Shown: positions 28,201-41,149 of the stretch, one piece after another
How the letters are laid out: every line of letters starts with the position of its first letter
Position numbering within the stretch: the stretch's first letter is position 1
NCBI GenBank assembly: GCA_002633005.1
Contig: NMRA01000701.1
Location: forward strand, 76,053 to 140,052
Origin: Phoronis australis
Taxonomy: Eukaryota > Animalia > Phoronida
Direction: 5' to 3'
DNA length: 64,000 nucleotides
The notes under the pieces: generated by a model
Told to the model about the DNA's origin: nothing
What the model saw: only the letters and a program-made list of their open reading frames with translations
Database searches by the model: none
Made by a program: the position numbers and the translations under genes

Positions 28201-31200
28201 TTCCATAAAATTAAGACTCGGTGACATTCTAGTTTATAACGTGCAACATCAAATATCAAGCTTCTATGTTTATTCAATTCGTTTCAGAAAGCGTGCTTAC
28301 GTTGAAAAACGTTAATCGGGAGCAGGTTTTGTGTATTGCGTTAAAACACGTTGATGACGTTTTTAAATGAAATAAAGCCAAAAGCATTTTAAGATTTTGT
28401 ATAACCTTAACGTCAAGGCTATGTATTTAGCCACATGTCAACAACACTCTTAGATTTTAACTCTGTGAAATACATGTTTTGTGAAAGCAGACGGCTTGTA
28501 GAATTTGATTTTGGCAGGTTTCCAATTCGTCATTTAGTGGACCACGTGACCATGCCTTCTTGGTAACATTTAGGAAAAACGAAAGCTACGTTGACAGCAA
28601 ACCAACGGTATCAGTAATATGATCAAATATTATCTGATAAATTTTAAGGATGAAATCTCAAGCACTCTGCTACAGTTTTCTAAAATATCAGTTCATTTTC
28701 GTTCTCCAAACTATTTTCATGACAATTATAAAAGTAACACTTTCGACAGCCCCTCATGCAAAAGTGAGACACTTTTAAAAACGATTCCATAAAGCTTGTT
28801 GGAGAAGAGTGAATTAAGCTTAGTATCTCAGTTTCATGTGAGTTTGATCGGCCATTGCTGAGACATGATGATCCAAAATTGGCCAAATTTTTAATTTTTC
28901 TCGGATTCGACTGTAAATAAAAAGGTCTTCGTTAATCTTTCAAATCCTGAATTATGGGACGTCAAGGGCCTATGCAGGAATGCTTATTTCTTCACTTCTC
29001 TGCGGTGTGTTGTGTAAAGGTGGTGCACTCAGGTTTCACCTTGCAACGCTTCCTCATTAACATCGACATTCAAATTCGATACAATTACCTTACATTGATC
29101 GAAATGTGCCGAAAGGTAAATCGAACAACGGAGGCTCCCCAATCAGTTTTGAGGGAGGTTGGCAATGGAGAAAGAGAGCTTAGTTGTGCATATGTCGAAC
29201 TAAATGATGAAGAAAACTGTGAGTCAGCGGAAGAGGTGAAAAAACGAACTCTGGTCCGGACACGCATTCATGTAACAGGTCAATTATGGTCCACCTGTTT
29301 AGGGGAGGAAGAAATGCTGTTCATTTTTTCCATCTTACTGTTCAAAATGTTTAAAATTTCATCATGCAGGATGTACGACATGACTCAAAACTTGATAAAA
29401 AGCAAACAAAAACGTTTTCGAGTTATTCATTTTAATTCGTATACTTTTGATTCTCCAAAAAGCCCGTAAATCTTAGTCCATTTTTCAAAAGCGCCCTCTA
29501 TGTTCTAAAAACTTCCTCGACTCTTGCTAAACCCCCAATAAAATAGTTGCAAGCATAAATCCATTACACATCTTTTTGTATTTCTACTTTGCCGGCGTAA
29601 TTTCGCTTATACCTCAAAAGATACCAATAACTTAAAAGAAAAACCCTGCACGGACCTACGTTTTGTAGCTCTTGTCAAAGCCAATTGCGTTTACCTGTAG
29701 GAGTTTATCCTCTCCAACAATAACCCTCAACATACGATTTCGGGCGCAAAACCGATGCTCTCCCTTTTACGTTACAATGCCAGCTACGATAGTACGACAG
29801 AGCTCCATCAATTAAACATTGTTAGCACCTAAACAACAAAAAACGACCTCGAATACGCATCAAACATACTTTAGTAACACTTAGTATATTATGACTGAAA
29901 CTAGGTCATCGCTTAAATATCTTAATAACTTTAGATGGATTAGCAATTAATTATTTAACTGATAAACTATTTAATGCATTGTTGATGAGTTGACAAATAT
30001 TTTCCTAAACATTAGGTCACTTTCAAATTCAATATTACACCGTAGTCATCTTGTTTTTATTGACAATTTTGGTCTCAGATGACGCGTAAGAGACTAATAA
30101 CACTTGTTGTTACTATCAATGAAACAGGAAACTGTTTAATTGGTTCCCTGACACGACTAACACAGTTTGATGTTATGAACAATCACCACATGCTGTGTAC
30201 GCATTAACCCCACCTGCCAGTGATGAACGAGACGTGAGATTAAAGCAAAGACGTATCTTTTTCCAGCTGAAACGTTATTAGAGGATTGATTTCATTAAGT
30301 AACTTTTGTATGTAAGCGCGAAATTAATGACGGACTTTACCTTTTGAAGATTTTTAGGCAATTCAGGTAATTTTACCAAGTTAAGACATTTTGAACCTTT
30401 TTAAGCGATTTCCTTCAAAATGAAATTACAATTCCTTAAACAGGAAGTGTGACGCATTGAGCAAGCTGCGAAAATGTCAGACAGTGCGAGTAAGCCGTGT
30501 TCTCACACTTTACCGCTCTGATAACTGCATCTGCTCAAATATGTAGCTAGGCCTAAGTGTATGACAATTTGTCAAATTTGATTTTATGCCAGGAACAGGT
30601 AATAATCCAAGTACAGTGACACCCGGTGTTTGCTTTGTCAGACATGCAGACGATTTCGATCAGACGAACTGTAATTTTCCTTTTCATAAAAATCGACCAA
30701 AATATTAAAACATCATATCAGAGAAAATAGAATAGTAATGAAAAGTGATGAAGAACCCCTTCAAAAACAGTATTCCTCTTTAAAGGGCAGCACACGCTCG
30801 TGGTGAGTAAGGAGACAACTACACAACAATCGGCGAAATCACGATTGATTCCCCTTTTTGAGGAGTAAACAAATGCGGAAAACGGATACAATGAGATGCG
30901 AAAAATTAAAACAAATGTCCATGAAATCTGGTATGAAGTTAATACTCAATGACAGAACTTCAATGCTAAGGCGATTTAATATTATTTAATTATTAGTGAT
31001 GGACGAACATGTACAAGACAACAGTTATGAGGGTCACCAAAATGCACCTTGAACCGGTCACGTACGTTAAATAACATTAGAAAAGAAGAATTCTTTATTT
31101 TAGAAACCCAAATTGGTTAGCTTAGTGTATAAACTCAATGACACTTAGTGAAATATCAGGGTTATCGATCACAAAATAAGAATGTTACTACATATTTAAA

Positions 31201-31789
31201 CTTCCCGACATCGCAATATTTAGCGATCGAGACAAAACAAAACTAAATGATGAAAAGCCGAAGGCCAGAAGTTAACATCTTCCCGAAGCTCAGCATAGCC
31301 ACTGCTTTCGTAAACCCACCCTAAGCGACGCCACCAAGCCACCAATGCCGCCTGCAAAGTTGGCGTCCCATCACTACCAGAGAGAGGGGAGCCCCGGCCC
31401 ATAAAAATTTAGTCCAGAGTTACACTGGAAAGTGACGCGTGGTGAAATTGTAATTTGGATAATAAATATTGACAAAATATTTTGATAGATTTTGAACAAT
31501 ATGGCCTTTCTTTCCTTTATTTATCCAAAAAAGTTCCGTTAAAACGAGTTAAGCTTATTCCATGCAAGTGAATGAAGACTGGAAACTGATAAGGACACCG
31601 GAGTGTTTTCATTGTTCACGGGAAATGATATTGCACGTAGGAGAAATCACTGACGTAAGGCTAAATAGCGTGTGGTGGCCTTTTACACGCTTACAGTTTC
31701 CTTTTTCTGGTGTTTAGACAGTTGTACCCGCATCCTGTCAGCTCTAGCTATCATCATGGACAGCGAAATGCATGACTCGTTTTCAGTAC

Positions 31790-32550
31790 AAGGTGGTGCC
31801 GATGATACAACTGTTTTCTCGGTTATTCTCTGAGTTAGAAGAGAAAGTTGTGATGTAATCCGCAAGGCTATATTTACACGCTTGCCGAGAATGACCGTTG
31901 AAGATGATGTTCGTGAAGTCCAACGTTTTGTAGTCTTGCGGCCCTGGTTTCGACGGGACAATTGGACCGGAATGTTCACAATATAGGAGAAAGCCACTTC
32001 TGTTCCATAATATGGTTTTCTCGCAAAGGTATCGAGAAGGATTACTGTAGGGACACCTTGTATGTCCAAAGAGATCACACTCACAAAACATCTTATACTT
32101 GTACAGGTGGGTTGTTGCTTATCAAGCGCAAAGAATCGCTATCAGTCACGCTTCAGAACTTCATTCGACAAATTTCCTGTTGATTTTCAAGTTCTGAAAG
32201 GACACCCTAATATAAAAGAATATGTCATTTCAAAAAACAGAGCGGCAACTAATGCACCATTCACGACCCTCTCCATTACAGGACCCTCACCCAACTGATT
32301 TAAAATTTCAGAAACAGGTAAAAAGCTGCCGTTGGTTACGTGAAACATAAGCAAGGGTTCATACTTTTGTTTATGCCATTCATGTACGCGTTGAATCATT
32401 CGAGTGTAATATGGCCATGTGATATTTTTTATCGTATTCACCTCCCGCACTACTTCAATAGTGACCTCTGACAAGGAAAGGTAGGTCAAGGTCTACTCGA
32501 CGTCGTTAGCCGGTTCGATCATCAAGCCTTTCGAAAATAATTTGAAGTAA
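31790..32550 (+). mobile_element. Possible decayed CMC/EnSpm-type accessory ORF relic
   Basis: Degenerate translation RR....IFTRLPR....F..LRP....MFT.(W)E followed by PF....G and MYALN; resembles animal EnSpm accessory proteins as I recall them. Many stops. Confidence 0.3.
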
Positions 32551-35500
32551 TACAATTGCAGCAGTATAAATAAAACTCAACAAGCAACCAGGTCCCAAAC
32601 GCAACATCTGGTACAAAACTATTAATTATAAGATGCTTCTGTCTCACTTTTCAATTGCTAAATATTAGACGACCTAGAGAATCGATCAAGACGCTAAATA
32701 TTATATCGTCTGCAAATCTGGCGCCGATTCCTCGGTAAATACTATATCAAATATTGTTGTTACCTAACTATTTTCAGGAAATGTTACAAGTTCAATGCAC
32801 AATTACCGTTTTTTTCATATTTGTTATCTCTTTTCAAGTAATAAATCGCTACATTTAATCTTGTTTCTTTTACTAGAGAAACCTTGTAATCTAACGCCTA
32901 AGTTCATACATATAGGATGTGATCCGCCACGTGACCAGTCTGAGTGAAGTATTATTGGAAGAACTTAGACGTTATCCCAATATTCAGATGCACAGGAGAT
33001 TTCGAGAAATATTCTACAAATGTTGTGGTTTTGGATTTAGAAGTCTGAATAAATTTTATCTGAAACATTTGTGAATATCAGGTTTTCTCGGTCTGTGTGG
33101 AAGCACTACGTGATAAAGCGTCGGTTGAAAAATTGGGTACACGCTAATAAAATAGGCTCCCGAAACGCGCATCCGGCATTTTTTGCGCCATTAAACTCGT
33201 GAAACTCGAAGTGGTCATGGCAATAAATATCGTTAGCTCCAAGTAGAATGGATAGAAGATCATTGGCAAATAATTAGTAAGTTAACATTTCTAGCACCGC
33301 TGCCTGATCTCGCTTTGCTGTTCTTGACGTCAAGGGCATACATGTGGCAATTGAACATATTTTGACAGATCGATTCTTTCAACTTGCAAGTTAACACGTA
33401 CCACCTTATGCCGTGTTTTGACAAGTTCAAACACTGCAGTGACTGCGACTAGAGTTGCAGCTTGCACGAATTTCACTGTAAAACGACATATCTGCCAAAT
33501 GATTTGGACGGAACCATTTGCCACCACATAGCAGCTCGGGATGCTACTAGACACTTAAACCATTCTTCAGCAAAGCCTGTTATATCCCACGGTGACAGAT
33601 GCTTCATAACAAGCAACATTTATTTCTAAAATGTATTCATACGCCAACCACGCTCAGCTGGGGTATCTCATTTGGTTATGAAACTCGGAGTAATAGTATA
33701 GACTCAGACTGACTTAAAATGGTGTCAGAACTAATTGCACATGGTATGCATCAACTCCTCCATCATAGCTAAAAAGGTTATTTGTGTAGCGGTGTGATAA
33801 TTGGGCAACTTGTAATTTAATCGTATGGATTATCCTGGGACCTGGGTTCCTAAAAGTCAGCTGCCACATAATTGTTACGAACAGTGGCATACTGTAGTGT
33901 AAAGAATTTTCATCGATGGAAGCAAAATAACAGCTTTGCAATTTTCGAACTAATTTAATTGTTTTCTAAAATTGTTAATCATGAATCGAAGTCTAAGACG
34001 ACAAAACAAAATTATAAAGTCAATAATTCAAAATTTAGTGTCAATACAGTTTCCGATCGTGGAAGACACCTTTTCGTAGAAAAACTTATAGTGCAAACGT
34101 TACTGAGTGGAACTTCATGTGTTGGCATTTTACATGTACATGTATGGAATAACCCAGCGTTGTTCACGCCGCCTCCTAGCGTCAAAAACTTTGTCCAATA
34201 CTGCTATGCTTTTTAAACGTGTTTACTGACGTTACCAAGCTAAACTGACATCATTTCTTGTAAAATTATTTTCATTCCGTGATCTACGGGCACCGATAGT
34301 GGGTAATGCTTGATTAATTTAGCTAAGCCAACCGGATAAGATATCTGGTTGGTTTTCGACAACTTCCGGTTAACGTTTCGTGCAAAACTAGCACGTCTCT
34401 AAGCGCTATTAAGCAGAGATTATTGATTTTCTTGTTTCTTTGCAACCACTTGTTGTAGCTAATTTTCCCAACCTGTAGATGGGCCGAGTTATGTAATCTC
34501 CCAGGCGTAACTTGTGTTTTTGTGTACAAGAGTGTTCCCGCTTAAATTGTAAGTACGTGAAGTTCTTGGCGGAACTTGCAGAGTCTGGTGCATCGACGAA
34601 ACTTTCCACCAAACGTTTTTAAATTCACGCAACGTGTGGTGGTGATCATTGAGAAATATGGCGGAGATTATTGCGTAGTGACTGCCCCAGTGCTAGGAGA
34701 CCCAAAACCTAAGATTCCTATAGCTCCAATTTTCCAAAGAAAGACAAGTAAACACATTTTTCATGCAATGAGTCATTCTTCGTTGCCAAATGTGAGACAG
34801 CGACAATAATCTCTATCAACTTTCCAATCATTCGATTGAAGACCTCGATTTACCTCAAGTCAGGAAAAGAATGGCAGTGATTCGCCAGCGATCCGCTAAA
34901 TCGGGTTAAAGCCCACTACCTTAAATGGAACTTAGGTACATCCATACGGCATTTGGACCACGGTCTGCGTACTCCGATAAGTCGCATATGAAAAATCATA
35001 CAAGAAGTATCGGAGTGTGTACATAGATATTCAAGTTGGCCGTGCTCTACATGTATTTCAACTGATACAAGTCGCAGTATACGATTTTTAGCTACACAAA
35101 CTGAGTAAAATTGAATGAGAAGACCCGTCTACACACTCCGAATTATCATTTCAAGAAAAGTCGGGGTGTGTACACAGGGATTTAGGTGTCTTGTGAATAA
35201 GTAAGATTACCCATTCGTCAGTTGGCACGTGCGCACAGCGTGATTCTACTGTGTCACGTGATCAGTCACCTGCTGGTGTATACCGTTCGGCTGACTACAG
35301 CACTGGCCACCGAGACCTCGGTGATCCCAGAATAACATTCCAAACATCAATCATTGTTACCTTTAACACGATGTTCGTGGTAGCACACGACAATTACTAC
35401 ACCAGCAGTACATCGCCTTGAACACTCGATCATATCTTTGAAGTATTCATCACGCTGGTGCAGATTCTTACGCCGTGAAAATGTGTTCGTTTGTAGAGCG

Positions 35501-35834
35501 AAAGGAAGCAATTCAGACAACAGTTGTCGGAGGTTAACTCGAAGCTATAGTCACGCCCCGTCTAACGTCTCTCTGATGATGTCACCCTTCTTAAGTTAAA
35601 CTGAAGCGGTTACGTACTGTGATTTCGTTTGTGGTCGATAAATCCTCTTGGAAACGAGAGTTGTATTAAATCTGTAACCTTGAGCATTCTTTAAAAAAAG
35701 CACCTGTTTGATTATTGATAATAAAGCTACACTGTTACACCAACATCTGTTTTTTTAATAGTACGTTTTTAAATGACTGCGCCAATAAACAGTACGATTT
35801 TCATTACATTTAAACGTACATGTATATGGGGAAA

Positions 35835-35893
35835 TTATTATCATTATCATTATTATTTGTTATTATTATTATAATTATCATTATCATTATCAT
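35835..35893. repeat. (ATT/ATC)n microsatellite
   Basis: ATTATTATCATTATCATTATT... about 60 bp. Confidence 0.9.
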
Positions 35894-36205
35894 AAGACCT
35901 CCTCAAGTGAGAGCTGCATATAGTACAATAAATAACAGACAACGGACAAATCAAAATCAAAATTAAATTAAAATGCTCTGGCCAGAAGTCTCAAAAAACA
36001 AAACCGACTAGAGGCTACGGGAAGGAGGAGCCTGTGAGAATCCACAATAGCATTATTACACGCACGTGACCTTGCAAAGAGTTCGGAGAGAAATTTCAAG
36101 TTCCTTTCTGGTCCCGTGCACACAGTCAGACTTTTCGGTTAGCAATAGCTGACTTTCAAATACCTGTGTCATATTGAAATTCACTAACCCGCCAAACGGC
36201 AACCC

Positions 36206-36352
36206 GCCTCCCGTTCAGTAACGCTAGGACCTCGCTTGAAAGCAAGACGTCGCAATATAACGTGAGACATCGCCGTGTATTTTTAATGAGAGCACGTGAC
36301 GTTGACTAGATTTTAGCCTAGTGGTAGGTCCTAGCGTTACTGAATGTACGCC
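36206..36352 (-). mobile_element. Small TIR MITE, reverse-orientation copy of the 14164 family
   Basis: TTCAGTAACGCTAGGACCT ... AGGTCCTAGCGTTACTGAA perfect 19-bp inverted repeat; interior matches the reverse complement of 14164-14316. Confidence 0.85.
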
Positions 36353-37112
36353 TAGTCTTTGGTGGACAGGCGTTTAGCCAACTACGAATACGATGTAATG
36401 CGGACCAGAGGTTCAATACATGTATACCGGTATGAACACCTGTCCTGCTATATAATGCCTGCAAATTTCCACTGATTTGCGGTAAGATGTACCAATGCCT
36501 TTCACAAAAAGGCAAACCTCTTGAAATATCAATAAAGAGCAAGGATGTCATGCTCCCTACATTTCCTACTGCAAAGATGTTTCATTGACAAAGCGAGTGG
36601 TTACCGTTGATAAAACGGAGAATTTCTATCCCAGCCGTTGTCATAAAGCTACAGTAAAGACAAATATGTGAACTTTAACTTATCAAACAATGGAATGGAT
36701 TGGCAGTGGAATTTATTCCTCCGTTTTCATACTAATGAACCACAAAATCTGAATCGGGATCCTCAGTTGGGAGTCACTTACTTGCTCTCGTTACGCTAGA
36801 GAGCGCCAATCTTGTTACAGAAATCGTGAGTTCTGCCAAGTCGTACTTCAAGGGATATAGAAATCATGGTGCCTAGTCCGCACAATGTTTGTTTTCATAT
36901 TCTGAAACAGAGCATAATTCTTGTTTCATTTCTTTCTTCTCTCTCTTCTTTACATTTTACACTCGAAGTTGAGTATTCCGAAGTGGTTCTCATTCATTAC
37001 ATACAGTCATTCACTCTCTAGTAAAACCGAGCTCAGAGAGTAGGAGACACTTTTGAGCGGTGTTCGATTGTCTGACAAGAAAGCCAGGGTTCCAACTCGG
37101 GTCTCCCAAATG

Positions 37113-37305
37113 TATGCGCGCACCCAGCCTAAAATATAGGGGGGCTCGAATTTTTCGGTATGCCGACCTTTTACTGATAAAAATCAACGAGATTAAGGCC
37201 TACAAATTGTGCATCTGCGCAGAATTCCTGTGGACTTTGTGGACTTTTGTCTCGTTTACTCGGATTTTTTGTTTCGCTGAGGCGGACCTTTTAGCCCAAT
37301 TCGCC
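37113..37305 (-). mobile_element. Truncated copy of the CATGCGCGCACCCAG MITE family
   Basis: TATGCGCGCACCCAGCCTAAAA.. and the interior align to the reverse complement of 49195-49414; second TIR missing. Confidence 0.75.
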
Positions 37306-38929
37306 GAATTGGGAGGCTCGTTCGAGTCTCCAGGCATAAGACATACTTTCAAAACGATTGATCGAAATACTTTATATTATGTTTAGAACAGTTGTGTATC
37401 TTTCGCCAAAATCACGTCTTCAACACGTGAATAATAACACAATAACGTTTGTTCCATTTACATGTAAAACGCATTGTTGTCTGGAGCACGTTCGAGAATT
37501 TGTACCTGGGCTATGTCCTAGAGACCAAACATAATGGTGAGAAAAGTTAGTGTGATCTCGTGCTTCGTGTGTTATGCATGTCAATCTCTCACGAAAACCT
37601 GCGTGATCTCGCGTTTTCTCGAATTTCTTGCGTCGACGTAACACAACTCTGGTTTGCTACCCTTCAGTTACCGTACCGTACACAGAGCGATTTGCCACCG
37701 AGATCGATATATTGATCCAAGATACTTTGCTTTGCCTTATGACGTGGGATAAATTGGTTTCATGGCGTGTCCAGGGGACAAAACTACAGTTAACAAGGGC
37801 ACTTGGGAAACAAATAGTGGCGCCATGAACAATCTGCGTCGTGTACCAACGGAATGTAAGTAGACATTCAGTTGTCGAAACTCGTGAAGGTGAAAATATG
37901 TCCAATTTTCAAAAAATCAAGCACAAAGAAGATGACATGCTACCATCATACACCAACATCACATAATTTAAATATTTATATTTTCCGTTGTGTCTTCCTC
38001 GTAAAAGAATGACGTTATGATTTTTTGGAAATTTTTAAGAAATCTGCTGCAGTAAGGTAAAAGTCACTCACACATTTTGAGATAAAGATCTCTCCAATGA
38101 ATAGACGTCGAACTGGCTCTCAAAATGCGGGGTCCCTGTAAGTGCCTATTGCCAAAAATAACAGAATGTCAAGTAGATGTGTGTTCCCCCCAAAAAAACT
38201 ACCAAAAAGTTTGTCAAGTTATTACTTGCCAAACCTCTTCGTGGCATGGACACCACAGCATTTGTTGAGATATTTCAGGGTTCAACAATGCAGCTGCTTT
38301 GTTGAAGTTTAATTCAGTAAACAGTCAATACACGAGTCTTTTCTCAAACCAGATTATGGAAGAATCAATGTTTAGATATAAAGATGCAAGACGGACTTGT
38401 AATGAGAAGTAATGCAATTACAGTTTCAATCTGTTTCTAAATAATTTGATTTCTCAAGATTGCATCAACGGGAATAGATTACGAGACTGACCAGTTACGG
38501 TAATTGTGACAACATTCAATTCAATTTAGCAGCCGGAATGTTCTAACTTGCAAAAGAACGTCTCATCATTTCCGGCCGAAATGGAAAAAAGCCTTTTAGT
38601 TTGATGGAAATCAAAAAAAAAATATTTAACACTTTGATGAAAAACACCAGTGGCAAATTTTGAAACTCTACAATAGCGTTAAGAATGGTAGCTTTCTAAA
38701 AAGATCACGTGACATGGCTTCTTACTGACTAAGGGAGCAAAGCTACATCCTGATATTCCAATTGACTGATATTGAGTAGTGCAAATGTGCACTACTCTGT
38801 CCACTGAGAAATCCCTGTGTAGTAGTTCATGTCTCAGGCCGCTAGGCGTCAAACTAAACAACAAAGCCATTGGCTATACTTTTCGACTCGTTGCGACTAG
38901 CGTCCAAATCGTGGAGCGTAATGCCAGGC

Positions 38930-40200
38930 CATGAGGTAATGAGGAATCCCAGTCTTGACGGAGCGACAAAGACAAAAGGGCAAAAGAAAGGACAGCCAGT
39001 GTTTCCCCGAAGTGCGCAAATGCGCTTAAATTTTATGGAACATAGTTCAGTCCCTACTGGGTCTGTTTCATGCAACCGGCCACGGGCGGGTGCCCACGCA
39101 CAGATTTCTGGTGTGTGCCGGCCATGATCGTACTTTCATACACTCTTTACCTATGATACGACGGTAGCACTGAGAAAGGTTTGTGTGAGGCTTCTCGAAT
39201 AGAACAAAGAAACATTTGGACGATTCCGATTGGTAGAAAAAATAATACTGAGACTTTTTGATTGGTTGATATTGAGAAATGCAGTAAACATACTGCTTCA
39301 TCTACAGAGAAAAATGTTTTGTTTATCGGATGCTTCAACAACCAGAACAGACAATTTCTGGATTCCCAAAAATTCCTGTTTTGTGACACACTCAATGTAG
39401 CAAAACAACAAAACAACAAATGCCCAAACCAAGGGCTCAATCCTATCAAATGGCCACTCTCACTATTTAAGTATAGTGCGTTTGCTCAGGCAAAAGCATT
39501 TACCAATGACAAGACCAACGCAGTCTCTCATTGCAAAACTATTACGTTGCAACGTGCAATTTTTGTGACGGCTATTCTCGGGGAAACCAAAAACTCCAAA
39601 CTCAGCGACGTCGCTTTCTGCTGTGAAATGAAATAAAGGGAAGCATGGTTAATATGTACATGTATTGTTGAAACCCGGCGAGCTGTGGTGTATTGTCCAA
39701 AGGCATATGGCGTCTGCGTGAAGGCGTTTACAAAGGTTCAAGCAGGAGCTTCTGTAACTGTAGTTGACGGAAACTCGTTGGTTTGCACTAATGTGTTTAA
39801 GTAAGTGAATAGGCCACCATCATATTGTTTTCTCTCCAATTTGGACTAGTTTCTGGAGTATGGCGTAAACTACTTCCGACCCTATTCGCAGTGCATCTCT
39901 GGGCAAAGAGGGCGTAACTCTCCTCCGGAAGTGGCACTGCATATATATATGTAAGGTAGCACTGAACAGTGAGGCTGCAGCCACGGGCATTTTCTTGTCC
40001 CAAGGTTTGGCGGAGGTTTGAGGAATGCGTTGAAAAAAATTTCAAAGAAACTAATTTGCTTGTGCTTCTGAACTCGTTCTGAATGACTCAAGTCTAGACT
40101 TTTCAGCCGTGATCTAGCTACTTTTGATGCAAATGGTGGCTGCAGTTTGCTTTCAACCCCTGTCGCCTGCTGTCCCAGAAACCGGGTGTGATTTCAGGTA
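38930..40200 (-). mobile_element. Probable decayed DIRS-like tyrosine-recombinase retrotransposon 3' region
   Basis: Minus-strand remnants QKHKQISFFEIFFNAFLKPPPNL, H.....C......CP, NSFAMR and SGHL resemble the ALOG+YR ORF of invertebrate DIRS elements as I recall it; CCCAGTCTTGACGGAGC near 38948 resembles a recalled DIRS terminal motif. Not database-verified. Confidence 0.35.
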
Positions 40201-41149
40201 GCTGTCAAACAGTTCAAAATTGACAAGCGTGCATCTGGTAAGGGGCTTTCTGTGATCACAATTTTAGAATCTACAGAGAAAGATCATTCCGAATCTGTAG
40301 TCAGATTTTTTCTAGCACTTGCAGGGAAGTGGTAATTTTGGGGAGAAAGTAGTCAGATTTGGGTATTTTTGGTCCTATTCTTCTATGCCGAGATTTTTTG
40401 ATGTGAATTAACTGATTAAAAATCTGTAGCATAATTAAGTTTCAGTTATCATTAGTAGTGCTTGTGAGTTGGGAAAACTACGAAACCTTTTGTTTTTTCA
40501 GACTCTTGATAAGGACGCGAGGAAAGGACTCATCTCCACTTAGGTGTGCGTCGGCATCCAGAACCTTGTAATAAGTGTAGTGTGCCACCTAAGGTAACGT
40601 CATTCTAATGCCTATCTCACTGTTTTGTAATTTTCACGGTGATGCTTTAGCTCAAATGCTGACCGATGACTTATCTTGCCGCAACATTACGTGCAGCAGC
40701 TCCAGGGATTAATTTGTCACCTACGTAACATTCTAATACAAAACACCGCTGAGGTCTTTATTCATATAACAGCTAGTAGCACTCCGCTGTCGAGATAATG
40801 ACTATTTAACTGTACACTTTTGTTTTGAAACCATAGAACCATCAGAGCGTACGCATGTTCTATTGTCAATCACTCATTCATACATTCATAGCAGCAGCCT
40901 AATACGAATATTGGATGCACGCAGTACCATCAATAAACTTGCTGTTGCAAACAAAGCGTTACGTAATAACAAAGATTGAACTATAGGCAAAATCAAAAAC
41001 ACGTGATTGCTCAGAAGAAAACAATACAAAAATCTGCATGCACCGTGTGGCTAAAATGCTGTAACAATGTCGCGTAAACGACGGTGGGTTTCTTAGAACA
41101 TACTAGGCTTCAGAGTTTCGATGTATCAAAGAAACTGTTTCGGCTACAA

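Noticed and set aside
28954-29469. 171-aa ORF
   Set aside because: No recognisable domain or convincing exon structure; possibly transposon debris.
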